This document shows positions 36,504 to 45,273 of a DNA stretch of 64,000 nt, piece after piece; the first letter of the stretch is position 1, and every line of letters begins with the position of its first letter. A program made the position numbers and the translations under genes. Where the stretch lies: assembly GCA_014879465.1 (NCBI GenBank), contig JACSSA010000109.1, positions 3,891 through 67,890 on the forward strand, given 5' to 3'. Under the pieces are notes generated by a model that made no database searches, was not told where the DNA came from, and saw only the letters and a program-made list of their open reading frames with translations. This stretch comes from Rhodothermales bacterium. GTDB lineage: Bacteria > Bacteroidota > Rhodothermia > Rhodothermales > BA12.

Positions 36504-36943
36504 TATTGGACCTCGAAGAGGATTTGGAGGGCGAAGGCGCTCAGTTCGGGAGCGCGAAGGATGGGGCGGACTTTGGCGTGGGTCCAGAGGGCGGACTGAT
36601 CGCCGCCGCCATCGAGGTCGAGAAGCGCGCCGCGCATCTGGTCGAGCACCCAGCCGAGCAGCGCCGTCGAGGCGCTCACGGCGGCGTCGTGCGAGGCGGC
36701 GTTGCGGGCGCAGCAGATCAGGTCGAGCGCGAAGCCGGAGGACGTGTCTTCCCCTTCGGTGACCGCCTCGATGTCGCCGCCCGCGAGGTCTACCAGCACC
36801 ACCGGCGTGGTGTTGAGCAGCTTGGCCGGGTTGAGCAGTTCGCCCGCGTAGGGACGAATGGCTTTCGGCCTTCCTGCCGACGTGGACGTGGCAAGCGCGT
36901 CGCGCAGGTGCGACACCACGGCGGCTTGGAGGGCAGGCAGCAC
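36503..36943 (-). CDS. Hypothetical head/tail-joining protein (Mu gp37-like by size and position)
   Basis: 146 aa, coupled to its neighbours. The family call is weak. Confidence 0.4.
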   Translation of the reverse strand: MLPALQAAVVSHLRDALATSTSAGRPKAIRPYAGELLNPAKLLNTTPVVLVDLAGGDIEAVTEGEDTSSGFALDLICCARNAASHDAAVSASTALLGWVLDQMRGALLDLDGGGDQSALWTHAKVRPILRAPELSAFALQILFEVQ

Positions 36944-36946
36944 GGG

Positions 36947-37360
36947 TCAGCGGGTGAACAAGCGGGTGCGCCCGCGGAAGAGGTTGGCCGGGTCGCCGTA
37001 CTCTGCCGTGGGCGTGGTCTCGGTCTCCAAACGGAGCGTGCCGCTGGCGATGCGGGCGAGCTGGTCGTCCAGCCGCTTCTCGGCCTTCAGGGCGTCTTCG
37101 TCCAGCCCGCCGGAGGATCGCTTCTTGAGCAGCAAGTACGCGCCTTCCACGTTGAGCACCTTAAGCACCGGGTGGCCTGTGGCCTCGAACGCGTCGGGGC
37201 GCTGCACCCGAGCGGAAGCGGCAATCACCTGCGCGTAATCGGTCACGGCTGCCTCCAGCTTCGTGGAGTCCACCGCCTGCCCCGTCGCGTCGCCGGTCAC
37301 TTCCGCAAGGCGGTCGGTCGGGTAGGCGTCGGTCACGTCTTGGGCGGTGCAGTAGGCCAT
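36947..37360 (-). CDS. Mu gp36-like (DUF1320-type) head-tail connector protein
   Basis: Begins MAYCTAQDVTDAYP, the characteristic start of this family. 137 aa. Confidence 0.6.
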   Translation of the reverse strand: MAYCTAQDVTDAYPTDRLAEVTGDATGQAVDSTKLEAAVTDYAQVIAASARVQRPDAFEATGHPVLKVLNVEGAYLLLKKRSSGGLDEDALKAEKRLDDQLARIASGTLRLETETTPTAEYGDPANLFRGRTRLFTR

Positions 37361-37586
37361 CGCAGTGGTGGGGCTGGGCGCGGCGCTCAGGGACGCAGCA
37401 GAGGCGGCGCAGAAGAGCGCCGAGAGGCAGAGAACAAGGAAGCGGCGCATCGGGCGTGCGGGGTGTTGGGTGGTCCTGCGGACGGGGAGTTTGGCAGGCG
37501 GACCGCCCGGCGGCCTCCCTTGAAACCGTCCGGGCGGCCGCCCTCCTGCCAACCGCATCCGCAATCTGGCGGGGCACACAGCGCAA

Positions 37587-37616
37587 AAACCTGAGATATG
37601 TGTATATCTCAGGTTT
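37587..37616. promoter_or_regulatory. AT-rich 13-bp-arm perfect palindrome in the divergent late intergenic region
   Basis: aaacctgagatat-gtgt-atatctcaggttt. It lies between the minus-strand head operon and the plus-strand terminase operon, 25 bp upstream of the 37641 start. Confidence 0.6.
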
Positions 37617-37640
37617 ATTTGGTCTCGGAATCGGCACCTT

Positions 37641-38111
37641 TTGGCACGATTCTTTCCCACGCCCGTGGCCGCCTCCGTCGAAACCCGCGCCCAAGCCGCG
37701 CAGCTCTACATCCTCCAGCGCAAGATGCCCGCCGAGATCGCCTCGATGCTCGGGGTGTCGGCAGCCAGTGTGCGCCGCTGGCGCGAGGACGAGGACTGGG
37801 ACGCCAAGGTGGTGGCCCGCGCCATGTCCGGCCCGCTCCTCGCGCAGGAGTGCCTCCAGCAGATCAGCCAGATCATCGAGGACGCCAAGAAGGAGAAGCG
37901 CAAGCTCACCGGCAAGGAGGTCAACGAGATGGCGCAGCTGCAGAAGATCGCGGACCGCAACGACGGCACCGCCCGCTTCAAGGCCCACGCCCTCGACACG
38001 ATGGACCGCTTCCTCTCCTATGTGGCCGAACGTGCCCCCGACCTCCACCCGCAGCTCGTGCCTGTCGGCATGGACTTCGTCCGCCGCGTGGTCGATTCCC
38101 CCGTGATTTGA
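37641..38111 (+). CDS. Small terminase-like HTH protein (Mu gp27/DUF1804-like)
   Basis: AAQLYILQRKMPAEIASMLGVSAASVRRWREDEDWD. It directly precedes and is coupled to the large terminase gene. TTG start uncertain. Confidence 0.55.
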   Translation: MARFFPTPVAASVETRAQAAQLYILQRKMPAEIASMLGVSAASVRRWREDEDWDAKVVARAMSGPLLAQECLQQISQIIEDAKKEKRKLTGKEVNEMAQLQKIADRNDGTARFKAHALDTMDRFLSYVAERAPDLHPQLVPVGMDFVRRVVDSPVI

Positions 38112-39817
38112 TGCTGAAGGCCAACCTCTCCGCCGCAGAGCGCCGCCTGCAGCAGGCCGTGGCCGAACTGGAGGAACGGGTATCGCGTGACACGCACCCG
38201 TTCCAAGCCAGCACGCCAGCCGATGTGCAGCGCCGGTACGCCGAGGGCCGTGCCGACGTGGGCGCGTTCGGACGGCTGTATCTCCCCCACTATTTCGAGT
38301 CGCCGGACGCCGCGTTTCACCACGACCTCGACGCCATTGTAGCGTCCGAGGCCCGGCACATCTACGTCGTGCACGGTCCCCGCGAGCACGCCAAGTCCAC
38401 CCGCGTCCGGGCGGGCCTGCTGCGCCGCCTGCTCTACGGCACGCTCCACTACCCGCTGCTGATCAGCGAGGAGCTGTACATCTCGAAGGCCCACCTCGAC
38501 TTCCTCCACGTCGAGCTGAGCAGCAACCAGCGGATCACCTCCGACTTCGGCGTCAAAATCCTCCGCTACGACCAGAGCGAGGGCGTCCTGCGCGTGCGCG
38601 TCACGCCCAAGGCCACCAAGAAGAGCATCACCTTCCAGATCGACGCCGCCAGCTACGGCACCAAGGTCAAAGGGCGGCTCTTCTACCAGCACCGACCGGA
38701 CTTCGCGCTGCTGGACGACTTCGAGGACACCCGCTCCTCCCGAAGCGAGCGCATCGGACGGGAGAAGCTCGACTGGGTGCTGAAGGAAGTCTTCCCCGCC
38801 GTCTCCAAATCGGCCCCCGTCGTGTGGCTCGGAAACGTCGGCTGCGACACCTCGGCGCTCTACCAAGCGATGCTCAACGTCTTCGGCGAAGACGCGGACG
38901 CCCTGCGCCTTTTCCTGCAGACGGGCACCGAACCCGGCGCGATGCTCGCACCCAACCCCGTCCGCGCCGGAAACGGGCAGGGGAACGCCTCTGAAACGCC
39001 TTCCGCCCTCGACGGCGACGGCGAGGGCGCATCGGCCACCAAACGGAGTCTCACGGCCCTCTCCTACCGCGCCACCACGGTGGTGGGCGGGCGCACCGTC
39101 TACCTCTGGCCCGAGCGCTACGAACCCGCGTGGTACGAGGACATGGAGGCTACGATGGGACCGGCCAAGTACGAGTCCGAGATGAACGGCTCGCCGATCC
39201 GCGAGGGCGCGTTCTTCGACGAGTCGTGGTTCCCGACCTACGACACGCTCCCGGACGCGGCCTCCCGGCTTTACCTCCGCCTCGACCCCGCGTTCGGGCA
39301 CAGCGAGAGCGCGTGCTTCAAGGCGCTCGTAGTGGTGGCCACCGACGGGCACGCCTACTACGTCGTGGATGCGTGGCTGCGCCAGACCGAACCCACCAGC
39401 GCGATGCTGGAGGCCACCTACGTGATGTTCGAGCGCTACGACGCGGCGGGCCTGCGGAGCGGCGGCTACGAGAAGAACTTCGGGCAGGACGACCGGCTCG
39501 CCGAGGATTTCGAGGACGCCGCCGAGCGCCACGGCTACCCGCTCCCCATCGCCGGGGACGATGCGCGGGGCAACAAGGCTGAACGCATCGAGTCGATGCA
39601 GCCGCTCTTCTCGACCGGGCGCGTGCTCTGGCCCGCGAAGATGAACCCCGACGTGGCCCGCCTCAAGGCGCAGTGCCTCGCCTACCCCGACGGCACCTAC
39701 GTGGACGGCCCCGACGTGCTGGAGTCCGCCATCACCCGCCTGCGCCTGCGCGGGGCCGGAAAGAAGCAGGTGTACCAGAGCCTCGGCAAGCGCCGCTACA
39801 CGTCCCGCCGTCCCTAA
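38111..39817 (+). CDS. Terminase large subunit
   Basis: Walker A-like VVHGPREHAKST, Walker B FALLDDFED, and a C-terminal RNaseH-like nuclease region YLRLDPAFG...VVDAW. Confidence 0.85.
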   Translation: MLKANLSAAERRLQQAVAELEERVSRDTHPFQASTPADVQRRYAEGRADVGAFGRLYLPHYFESPDAAFHHDLDAIVASEARHIYVVHGPREHAKSTRVRAGLLRRLLYGTLHYPLLISEELYISKAHLDFLHVELSSNQRITSDFGVKILRYDQSEGVLRVRVTPKATKKSITFQIDAASYGTKVKGRLFYQHRPDFALLDDFEDTRSSRSERIGREKLDWVLKEVFPAVSKSAPVVWLGNVGCDTSALYQAMLNVFGEDADALRLFLQTGTEPGAMLAPNPVRAGNGQGNASETPSALDGDGEGASATKRSLTALSYRATTVVGGRTVYLWPERYEPAWYEDMEATMGPAKYESEMNGSPIREGAFFDESWFPTYDTLPDAASRLYLRLDPAFGHSESACFKALVVVATDGHAYYVVDAWLRQTEPTSAMLEATYVMFERYDAAGLRSGGYEKNFGQDDRLAEDFEDAAERHGYPLPIAGDDARGNKAERIESMQPLFSTGRVLWPAKMNPDVARLKAQCLAYPDGTYVDGPDVLESAITRLRLRGAGKKQVYQSLGKRRYTSRRP

Positions 39818-39832
39818 TCCAAACGCCCGTCC

Positions 39833-41062
39833 ATGTCCAAACTCGTCGTTCAGAAACCCAAGAGCCGCTACGGGGGCACGGTGCAGGCCAGCGCGATCAC
39901 GCCCGACGATCTGGCGAACGCCCGGCGGCAAGCTGCTGCTGGGAAGCCGGGCAAGCTGTACACGGTGCTGGATCATTTCCTCGCCATCGACGAGGAGATT
40001 GGGCCGTCGCTCCAGTCGCTCCGCTCCGCCATCACCGAGCACGCCCGACCGGAGCCGATGGACGACTCGGACGAGGCGAAGCGGCAGGCCGACGTGCTGG
40101 AGGCCGTCTTCGAGGAGCTGGACGTGTTCGCGCTCGTGGACTCGCTCCTGCTCGGCCACTACTACGGGATGCGCGGGGCCGAACTGGTATGGGACCAGGT
40201 CTCGCACGAGGGTCGCAGCTACCAAGCGCCCACGACGTTCGAGGAGTTGCCGCAGGAGTGGATCTACGCCGAGAAGGAGAAGGCCACCGACACCCACACG
40301 ACGCTCTACGTCGGCGCGGCCCCGTACTACTCGTACGACCCCGGCGCCGTGCTGCTCTACACCGCCCGCAAACTGCCCAGCCACCGCAACATCGACTTCA
40401 CCCAGTTCGGCGTGGGCCTCGCGGCGGCGCGGTTCGCGGTCTTTGCCCACTTCAACATCGAGGACTGGGCCGCGCTCAACGAGGCGTTCGGCACGCCTAC
40501 CGTGGTGGGCACGCTGCTGCAAGGATGGGGGCCTGCCGACAAGGATCTACTGGAGCAAGCCGTGATGGGCCTCGCCTCCGACAGCCGCGCCGTCATCAGC
40601 GAGAAGACCAAGCTGGAACTGCTCAAGAACCACGGCGACGGCACCAACCTCTACGACCGCTTCCTCGACGTGTGCGCCCGCGCCCGCGCCCGCATCGTCA
40701 AGTCCGAGAGCCTCACCGACCACCAGAGCGGCAAGGGCAGCAACGCGGCGATGCTTACCACCAACGGCATCCGCGTGGACGTGGCCCGCTACATCGCCCG
40801 CCGGGTGGAACGCCTGCTGAACCGGCGGCTCATCGGCCCCATCCTCGACCGCAACTTCAACGCCCGCCTCGCCCGGCTGGTGCTGCCCGTGCAGGCCGCC
40901 GAGGACACGCTGGGCGACGTGCGTGTGGCCCGCGAACTGTACACCATGGGCGTACCGCTGTCGCTTCGCCAACTCCGCGAGCGCACCGGCTTCCGCGCGC
41001 CGGACGACGATGCCGACACGCTCACCCAAGGCAATGCCCTCGACCCGTTCCGGGGGCTGTAA
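39833..41062 (+). CDS. Portal protein (Mu gp29/DUF935-like)
   Basis: 409 aa following terL, with an N-terminal region typical of this portal family. Confidence 0.75.
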   Translation: MSKLVVQKPKSRYGGTVQASAITPDDLANARRQAAAGKPGKLYTVLDHFLAIDEEIGPSLQSLRSAITEHARPEPMDDSDEAKRQADVLEAVFEELDVFALVDSLLLGHYYGMRGAELVWDQVSHEGRSYQAPTTFEELPQEWIYAEKEKATDTHTTLYVGAAPYYSYDPGAVLLYTARKLPSHRNIDFTQFGVGLAAARFAVFAHFNIEDWAALNEAFGTPTVVGTLLQGWGPADKDLLEQAVMGLASDSRAVISEKTKLELLKNHGDGTNLYDRFLDVCARARARIVKSESLTDHQSGKGSNAAMLTTNGIRVDVARYIARRVERLLNRRLIGPILDRNFNARLARLVLPVQAAEDTLGDVRVARELYTMGVPLSLRQLRERTGFRAPDDDADTLTQGNALDPFRGL

Positions 41063-41066
41063 CCCT

Positions 41067-41101
41067 GCAACCTGTCAGGTTCGCCAAACCTGACAGGTTG
41101 C
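41067..41101. other. 15-bp-arm perfect hairpin / tandem AACCTGNCAGGTT palindromes after the portal gene
   Basis: gcaacctgtcaggtt-cgcca-aacctgacaggttgc. No U-tract. Confidence 0.6.
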
Positions 41102-41139
41102 CTTCCCACCACAGGTCTGCCAGCCGCACCCGCAGACCC

Positions 41140-41727
41140 ATGCCCATCCTCCTCGAACCCGACGATTTCGTCCGCGCCGCCGCCCGTCTCGGCTGCTCCG
41201 TCCGCGCCATCCGCGCCCTCGACCACGTCGAGAGCCGGGGGCAGGGCTTTCTCGCCAGCGGCGAGCCGACGATCCTCTACGAGCCGCACGTCTTCCACCG
41301 GGGCTCCGGCGGCCGGTTCGACGGGGAGGTGGTCCACATCGGCGGGGCGGCGTGGCCGCTCTCGTACCGCCGCTGGAAGAGGGGCGCGTACGGCCCCACC
41401 GGCATCCAACACACCAAACTCGCCGCCGCCGTGCGCCTCGACCGCGAGGCCGCGCTGAAGGCGTGCTCGTGGGGCCGCTACCAGATCCTCGGCGAGAACC
41501 ACCGCCGTTGCGGGTTCACCACCGTGCAGGCGTTCGTCACGGCCATGTACGGCAGCGAGCAGGCCCACCTCTCCGCCTTCTGCGCGTTCATCGAGAGCGA
41601 CCCGAAGCTTCACGCCGCCCTCCGCACGCTCGACTGGCGCACCGTTGCCCTACGGTACAACGGCAGCGCGAACGTCCCAACGTACAGCCGCCTGCTCGCC
41701 AAGGCGTACAACCGCTTCGGGGAATGA
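41140..41727 (+). CDS. N-acetylmuramidase-family endolysin (DUF3380-like)
   Basis: ESRGQGF...ILYEPHVF...SWGRYQILGENH...YNGSA pattern. 195 aa. Confidence 0.7.
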   Translation: MPILLEPDDFVRAAARLGCSVRAIRALDHVESRGQGFLASGEPTILYEPHVFHRGSGGRFDGEVVHIGGAAWPLSYRRWKRGAYGPTGIQHTKLAAAVRLDREAALKACSWGRYQILGENHRRCGFTTVQAFVTAMYGSEQAHLSAFCAFIESDPKLHAALRTLDWRTVALRYNGSANVPTYSRLLAKAYNRFGE

Positions 41728-42323
41728 GCACGACGTTCGACAACGGGTTCGAGACGTTCGGGGCCACCTTCAAGAAGGCGGTCCTCCGCATGGGCGCGCG
41801 CCGCGTGCTCGCCTACGTGGACGTGGCCGTGAAGCGCCGCACCAAGGCCGGGGACTTCCTGCCTGGCTCGTCGCCGTCGGCGGGCGGCTACTCGGAGAAG
41901 CCGTTTGCCCGCCCCGCCGGAGGGCTGAAGAAGAAGACGCTCGACGCCCTCGACGACACCGACCGGGGCAGCAGCTTCTTCACCCGGCAAGGGGCGCTGT
42001 GGGTGGTGGTCGAGGGCGGGTACAAAGACCTGCGCCAGATCGAGGGCAAGCAGAACGCCCACGTGGACCTGCTCTACTCCGGGGCGCTCTTGGACGCCAC
42101 GCGGGACAACGTTCGGACCGGCGCGGCCACGCTGGAGATGGAGTACGGCTACCTCGACGGCAAAAGCCCCGCCGACGCCGCAAGGGTCGCCTACTGGCAC
42201 CAAGAGGCCGGGGCCGGGAAGGGCAAGACGAAGCGCGTCTTCATCGGCCTCACCCCCGCCGAGGAAAAGCACCTGCTCGGGATGCTGAACGAGGAGGCAC
42301 GGAAGGCGCTGTTGGGCGGATGA
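41724..42323 (+). CDS. Virion morphogenesis protein (Mu gpG-like)
   Basis: ATGA coupling to the lysin gene. 199 aa with ...LLYSGALLD...YWHQ...R.FIGLT. Confidence 0.6.
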   Translation: MSTTFDNGFETFGATFKKAVLRMGARRVLAYVDVAVKRRTKAGDFLPGSSPSAGGYSEKPFARPAGGLKKKTLDALDDTDRGSSFFTRQGALWVVVEGGYKDLRQIEGKQNAHVDLLYSGALLDATRDNVRTGAATLEMEYGYLDGKSPADAARVAYWHQEAGAGKGKTKRVFIGLTPAEEKHLLGMLNEEARKALLGG

Positions 42324-42839
42324 TCAGCAGGACGAAGCTTCGCCTGCGCCACTCGCCGCGCACGATCTCAGACGGCGCACCTCTTGGAAGTACGGGTCGA
42401 ACGTGCGCTGGAGTAAGTCTGCGGCGTCGAACAAGGCACGAGAGGCCACCCTTAGCTCGAATGACCAACGCTGTCCCATCGTTTTTCCGGCATCTTCCTT
42501 CATCATTCGAAGAAGCCCTTCGTAGTGTTCAGCACGGTCAAGCAGGATCGGTAAATAGGTGGGTGAATCTTGACCACAGTACAGTGCCATTATGTCACGA
42601 AATCCTCTTCCATATACTGACAACATATTGATGTTGCTGCTGTATGAGTTCGTAAGAACCATAAGATCTAAGTCTCTACGAACAATGGCTTCTATGTTTG
42701 GCTCGGATGCTCGCTTGCCCAGCGTGTCAATCTCTGCACGGGGAAAATCTTGGGTGAGCACATGCTGAAACAGCGCGGAGCAAGGCTGTGCCGCTGCGGG
42801 TGCGGCACCAAGCAGCGCCAGCCAAAGAAGTGACCTCAC
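42324..42839 (-). CDS. Secreted hypothetical protein (AT-rich moron)
   Basis: Signal peptide MRSLLWLALLGAAPAAAQ. The central coding region is conspicuously AT-richer than its surroundings. Same strand as the repressor and downstream of it. Confidence 0.6.
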   Translation of the reverse strand: MRSLLWLALLGAAPAAAQPCSALFQHVLTQDFPRAEIDTLGKRASEPNIEAIVRRDLDLMVLTNSYSSNINMLSVYGRGFRDIMALYCGQDSPTYLPILLDRAEHYEGLLRMMKEDAGKTMGQRWSFELRVASRALFDAADLLQRTFDPYFQEVRRLRSCAASGAGEASSC

Positions 42840-42917
42840 AGCGGGTGGCGAATGTCGAGGGTGGAGGGGCGACGGCGGCGGTCGATTTTGCGGAACGATA
42901 CCAGCGCTTAGAGAAGA

Positions 42918-43613
42918 TCAGTACAGGCCGGTGAAGCGACGAAGGACGCGACCCAGAATCCGAATCTTGTCGCCTTCGTGCACGAAGATAGGTTCGTAGT
43001 CGGGGTTTTTGCTGAGCAAACGCACCTTGGTAGATCCGCGCCGCTCCACGGTCTTGACGTAGAACTCGTCTTCAAACCAGAGCGCGTAGACGCCCTCGCC
43101 CCGGTACTCGTCGCCGAGAATGCCGAGCGCGAGGTCGCCGGGGTAGAGCACCGGCACCATCGAGTCGCCCATCACGCGGGCGAGGAAGGCGTCGTCGGGG
43201 TTGATGCCCACCTCCTCGCGCAGCCAGCGCCGCACCGTGTCGCCACGCGACTCCACCAGCTCACCGTTGGGCTCCAGCCCCTCGCCCGCCGAGAGGTCGT
43301 AGATGGGGATGCGCAGCACGTCCTCCGGCAGACCCTCGTACACCACCCGCTCTTGCGGCAGCGGCAACACCGACAGCCCCATCCCCGGCCCCCGCCGCAT
43401 CTCCCCCTCGCCGGTGAGGAGCCACAGCAGGTCTACTTGCAAATTTTCAGCAATGGCGATCAGCTTTCTTGTCCCAGGCTCCGATTTCCCAGAGAGATAC
43501 TTGCTGATCAGAGACTGATCAACTCCGCTCCTTTTGCCAAAGGAGTAAGGGGTTTCGTCTCCAAGAGCCGTTTTCAGGCGTCCCGGAAAGTCTGGAGCGA
43601 TATCGTTGCTCAT
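42918..43613 (-). CDS. CI/LexA-like repressor (HTH_XRE + S24 peptidase)
   Basis: N-terminal HTH SFGKRSGVDQSLISKYLSGK. C-terminal S24 motifs VMGDSMVP and a downstream Lys (YVKTV). Confidence 0.9.
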   Translation of the reverse strand: MSNDIAPDFPGRLKTALGDETPYSFGKRSGVDQSLISKYLSGKSEPGTRKLIAIAENLQVDLLWLLTGEGEMRRGPGMGLSVLPLPQERVVYEGLPEDVLRIPIYDLSAGEGLEPNGELVESRGDTVRRWLREEVGINPDDAFLARVMGDSMVPVLYPGDLALGILGDEYRGEGVYALWFEDEFYVKTVERRGSTKVRLLSKNPDYEPIFVHEGDKIRILGRVLRRFTGLY

Positions 43614-43695
43614 TGGGTAGGAAAAAAGTCAAGCATAAAGTCGAGACGCTTGCAAATATTCCTATACTTGCCGTTGTCCCGTAAACGATACGACA
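43614..43695. promoter_or_regulatory. Divergent repressor/early promoter-operator region
   Basis: AT-rich 82-bp gap between the divergent repressor and Ner/Cro-like genes. Direct repeats aaagtcaag (43625-43633) and aaagtcgag (43637-43645), plus CTTGC twice. Confidence 0.55.
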
Positions 43696-43929
43696 ATGGC
43701 CGTGCCGAACATCGATTTCCGCCTCAACCCGTGGCGAGGAGTGCTCGCCGAGGTGGCTGCCCGTGAGGGCGTTAGCCGCCAAGCAATCCGTCAAGCGCTG
43801 CTTTCGGGCAACGCCCGCATCGCCCAACTCGTGCGCGAGGCCGTGGAGGCCCGCCGCGCCGAGTTGTCCCGCGCCCAAGCAGCAGGCGTGCCCATTCCAA
43901 CCGAGCGCATCGTGGGCGCAGAGGGCTGA
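43696..43929 (+). CDS. Ner/Cro-like small DNA-binding protein
   Basis: 77 aa. EVAAREGVSRQAIRQALLSG looks HTH-like. First gene divergent from the repressor. Confidence 0.55.
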   Translation: MAVPNIDFRLNPWRGVLAEVAAREGVSRQAIRQALLSGNARIAQLVREAVEARRAELSRAQAAGVPIPTERIVGAEG

Positions 43930-43932
43930 GCA

Positions 43933-44109
43933 ATGAACCTCCCCAAAGCCCGCTACCGCCGCGCCGACGGGCGGACGTTCGCCGCCTGCATCGTCCGCAC
44001 CGCCGGAAACCTTGCGCTCATCCGCTACCGGCACGCCTGCACGCTCTACACGCCGCGCACGCATGTGCGGGCCTTCGTCCACACCGCCAGCCTCACCCCC
44101 ATCCGCTGA
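43933..44109 (+). CDS. Hypothetical 58-aa basic protein
   Basis: Hand-translated as MNLPKARYRRADGRTFAACIVRTAGNLALIRY... It is below the ORF-track cutoff. Its stop overlaps the next ATG. Confidence 0.4.
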   Translation: MNLPKARYRRADGRTFAACIVRTAGNLALIRYRHACTLYTPRTHVRAFVHTASLTPIR

Positions 44110-44303
44110 TGGACATCCTCGCCGCCCTCATCCTGCTGGGCCTCGTCTTGGTCGCCGTCGCGGCCATTGCCGGGCTGTACCAGCTCAACGTCCAACTCAT
44201 GGACGACAACCGCGCCCTCACGCGCACCCTCGCCGACGCGCCGCCCGCCAAGCGCGAGCGCGTGATCGTCACGGAAGAGCAGCCCTATCCCGTCACCCGC
44301 TGA
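44109..44303 (+). CDS. Small single-pass membrane protein
   Basis: ILAALILLGLVLVAVAAIAGL helix. Coupled on both sides. Confidence 0.5.
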   Translation: MDILAALILLGLVLVAVAAIAGLYQLNVQLMDDNRALTRTLADAPPAKRERVIVTEEQPYPVTR

Positions 44304-45262
44304 TGCCCACCGACCACAACGACCCCCAAGGCGACGGCCTCGCCGTCGTGGTGTCCTCCTCGCCGCTCCCGGCCCGCGTCACCCTCACACCCACCTTCGA
44401 CCCCGACACGGGCGAGTGGCCGGTCTTCTCGGACGAGGACTACCGCCTCGCCCAAGCCCTCCAGCAGCGCGTGCAGGAGGGCATGCTGCAGGTGGCCGTC
44501 GCCATCTACCACATCCGCGAAGGGCGGCTGCATCTGGCGCTCGGGGCCACGTCGTGGACCGACTACGTGGATCGGATGCTGCCCTTCGGCGAACGGCAGG
44601 TGCAGCGCCTGCTCCGCGTAGGTGAGGCGTTCGGACGCCACTACCTCCCCGCGCCCGAGCGGACACCGGTGTCCGGCTCAAACCCGACACCGGTGTCGGG
44701 TTTAGGAAGCGAGCGTGCTCCTATGTTTGAAGGCGTCGGCTTGTCCAACCTCTACGAACTCACCCGTCTGCCGGAGGACGACCGCGCCGAACTGCTGGAG
44801 CAGGGCACGCTCACCGCCCCCGACGGCACGGTCTACACGTGGGAGGACGTGCAGCGGATGGGACGGCGCAAGCTGGAGGCCGTCGTGAAGGAGAAGCTCG
44901 CGCCGTACAAGGCCAAGCTCGAACTCGCCCACGAGGCCACCGCCGAAGCCGAGGTCGAGCGCGACGCGCTCGCCAAAGCGCTCAAGGAGCAGAGCGCCGC
45001 CATCGCCGCCGCCCGCGACCTCGAAGACGCCTACCGAGGAGCCTACTCGACGCTGGCCGAGAAGACCGCCGCGCTGGGGAGCGCCAACGCCACCCTCGAC
45101 ACGCTGGCGTCGCTCGTGGGGCGCATCGGCGTGACCGAGGACGACCCGACGACGCTGCAGCACGACCTCGTGGCGCTGCTCGACAAGCTCGACCTCGTGC
45201 GCGGCCTCGCCTTCGACAACTACGCCGCCGTCCGCGCCGCGCTCGCGGGCATCCGCTCCTAA
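44303..45262 (+). CDS. Early protein with DUF3102-like N-domain and C-terminal coiled coil
   Basis: AVAIYHIREGRLHLALGATSWTDYVDRMLPFGERQVQRLLRVGEAFG. The linker encodes TPVSG twice, coinciding with the DNA palindromes. Confidence 0.55.
   Translation: MPTDHNDPQGDGLAVVVSSSPLPARVTLTPTFDPDTGEWPVFSDEDYRLAQALQQRVQEGMLQVAVAIYHIREGRLHLALGATSWTDYVDRMLPFGERQVQRLLRVGEAFGRHYLPAPERTPVSGSNPTPVSGLGSERAPMFEGVGLSNLYELTRLPEDDRAELLEQGTLTAPDGTVYTWEDVQRMGRRKLEAVVKEKLAPYKAKLELAHEATAEAEVERDALAKALKEQSAAIAAARDLEDAYRGAYSTLAEKTAALGSANATLDTLASLVGRIGVTEDDPTTLQHDLVALLDKLDLVRGLAFDNYAAVRAALAGIRS
44660..44700. promoter_or_regulatory. Twin perfect palindromes with core GACACCGGTGTC
   Basis: cggacaccggtgtccg (44660-44675) and cccgacaccggtgtcggg (44683-44700), with centres 24 bp apart. 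Confidence 0.6.
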
Positions 45263-45273
45263 CCCCTACGACC

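Noticed and set aside
37361-37450. In-frame upstream extension giving the gp36-like protein a signal-peptide-like N-terminus (MRRFLVLCLSALFCAASAASLSA...).
   Set aside because: The family characteristically starts at MxYCT, here MAYCT at 37360, and a secreted head-tail connector is implausible. It cannot be fully excluded without expression data.
37497-37542. GC-rich imperfect inverted repeat GGCGGACCGCCCGG...CCGGGCGGCCGCC in the late intergenic region.
   Set aside because: It is imperfect, low in complexity (CCGG/GGCC runs) and common in this GC background. The AT-rich perfect palindrome nearby is the more credible signal.
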